The notes under the pieces: model-generated
Database searches by the model: none
What the model was told of the DNA's origin: nothing
Seen by the model: the letters and a program-made list of their open reading frames with translations, nothing else
Shown: in pieces, positions 63,091-64,000 of the stretch
How the letters are laid out: each line of letters begins with the position of its first letter
Numbering within the stretch: the stretch's first letter is position 1
Made by a program: the position numbers and the translations under genes
Assembly (NCBI RefSeq): GCF_001949145.1
Contig: NW_019091359.1
Coordinates: 912,381-976,380, forward strand
Length of the DNA stretch: 64,000 nucleotides
Direction: 5' to 3'
DNA from: Acanthaster planci
Taxonomy: Eukaryota

Positions 63091-63179
63091 CTGCAATGGA
63101 GTTTGTTGCAGTGAGGGCGTTAATTGTCCAGAATGAGCTGTGCGTCTTGATTGAAGAAAAACAACCAACTAAAAAATAG

Positions 63180-63234
63180 AACGACCAACAAACCGACCTA
63201 TACCGGTATCAACGACTAACAAACCGGCCTATAC
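63180..63234 (+). repeat. 24-bp direct repeat x2
   Basis: aacgaccaacaaaccgacctatac ... aacgactaacaaaccggcctatac (22/24 identical), near the Wnt6 exon 2 acceptor. Confidence 0.8.
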
Positions 63235-64000
63235 TAACGAAAATATCAGTTCCACTGAGTGCCTTTATAGTTCCATAGAAGTCGAGGGTTTTGCAATGAA
63301 ATCGAAAAAAGGACAAATCGCACTTTGGTCTAAGAATCCCTTTCAAAAGAATAATAAATTCTTGTGACCAAAAAATTGAAGTCTAGCCTCTGTTCATTTG
63401 TGTATTTTGTTGTTAGCCTTCTAAAAAGTTCGTCCACCGTTTTGTCCTCTCATCAATGTCACAACAGTAAACAAATCCCGGCACTACACCTCCTCAGTGC
63501 CACCGACAGTGAAACCCACGCACAGCTCTCCTCACATCTCAAATCCCGCCTACCTGGAAACAGTCTCACGACCCCGTAACTGCCACTCCAAAGCAACCGT
63601 GAAATTTGATTTTTCCCAGCCATAGGAGTTGGAAAATGTGCATGCTAAATGTTCAGATCAGTATACTCAAGATATGAGTCAGTTGGTTTTTTTTGAGCAT
63701 GCTTAATATCAGACGATCGCCAATAAAACGACAAAACCGTGATGACAGAAACTGAACAGGCCGGCTTCCGGGCCTCCGTGCAGTTAATAACCCACGACAG
63801 CCAAACTTGCGTAAGGTCGTAAATACGCCAGAGCCGCATGTTTAAAAGAGACGATATCAACTTTTACAACACTGGGCTGTTATCATTGCTGATCAGCGTT
63901 GATGATGACGGTTTACAAAGCGGTTTGCCTAAAGAAACCGACTTCACCAGCTACTTGCACGCTTGATTCTTCATGTTCATACAAATATAAATTCCTGGTG

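Noticed and set aside
1..64000. CRISPR arrays, rRNA/tRNA genes, prokaryotic operons or defence systems
   Set aside because: None seen; spliceosomal introns and Wnt genes show this is animal nuclear DNA.

Overview
Animal (eukaryotic) genomic DNA, probably an invertebrate deuterostome such as an echinoderm; the taxon is an inference from Wnt gene style and repeat content. The left 15 kb holds three single-exon GT31 (beta-1,3-galactosyltransferase/B3GALT-B3GNT-like) genes. Each has the expected N-terminal signal-anchor plus an unusual second hydrophobic segment at the C-terminus, and they share non-canonical active-site motifs. The rest of the window holds a complete 4-exon Wnt1 gene (+ strand, 21148-40792, 403 aa) and exons 2-4 of Wnt6 (- strand, 49445-63090; exon 1 presumably lies beyond the window), arranged tail-to-tail. 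Non-coding features: a 450-bp near-identical duplication upstream of a single-N gap, several MITE-like elements including a 150-bp foldback, a ~170-bp dispersed element in the putative 3' UTRs of two unrelated genes, and strong enrichment of TACATGTA/TAGGCCTA palindromes. The best candidate for something undescribed is the double-anchored GT31 subfamily beside the Wnt cluster. All analysis was by eye; no searches were run.
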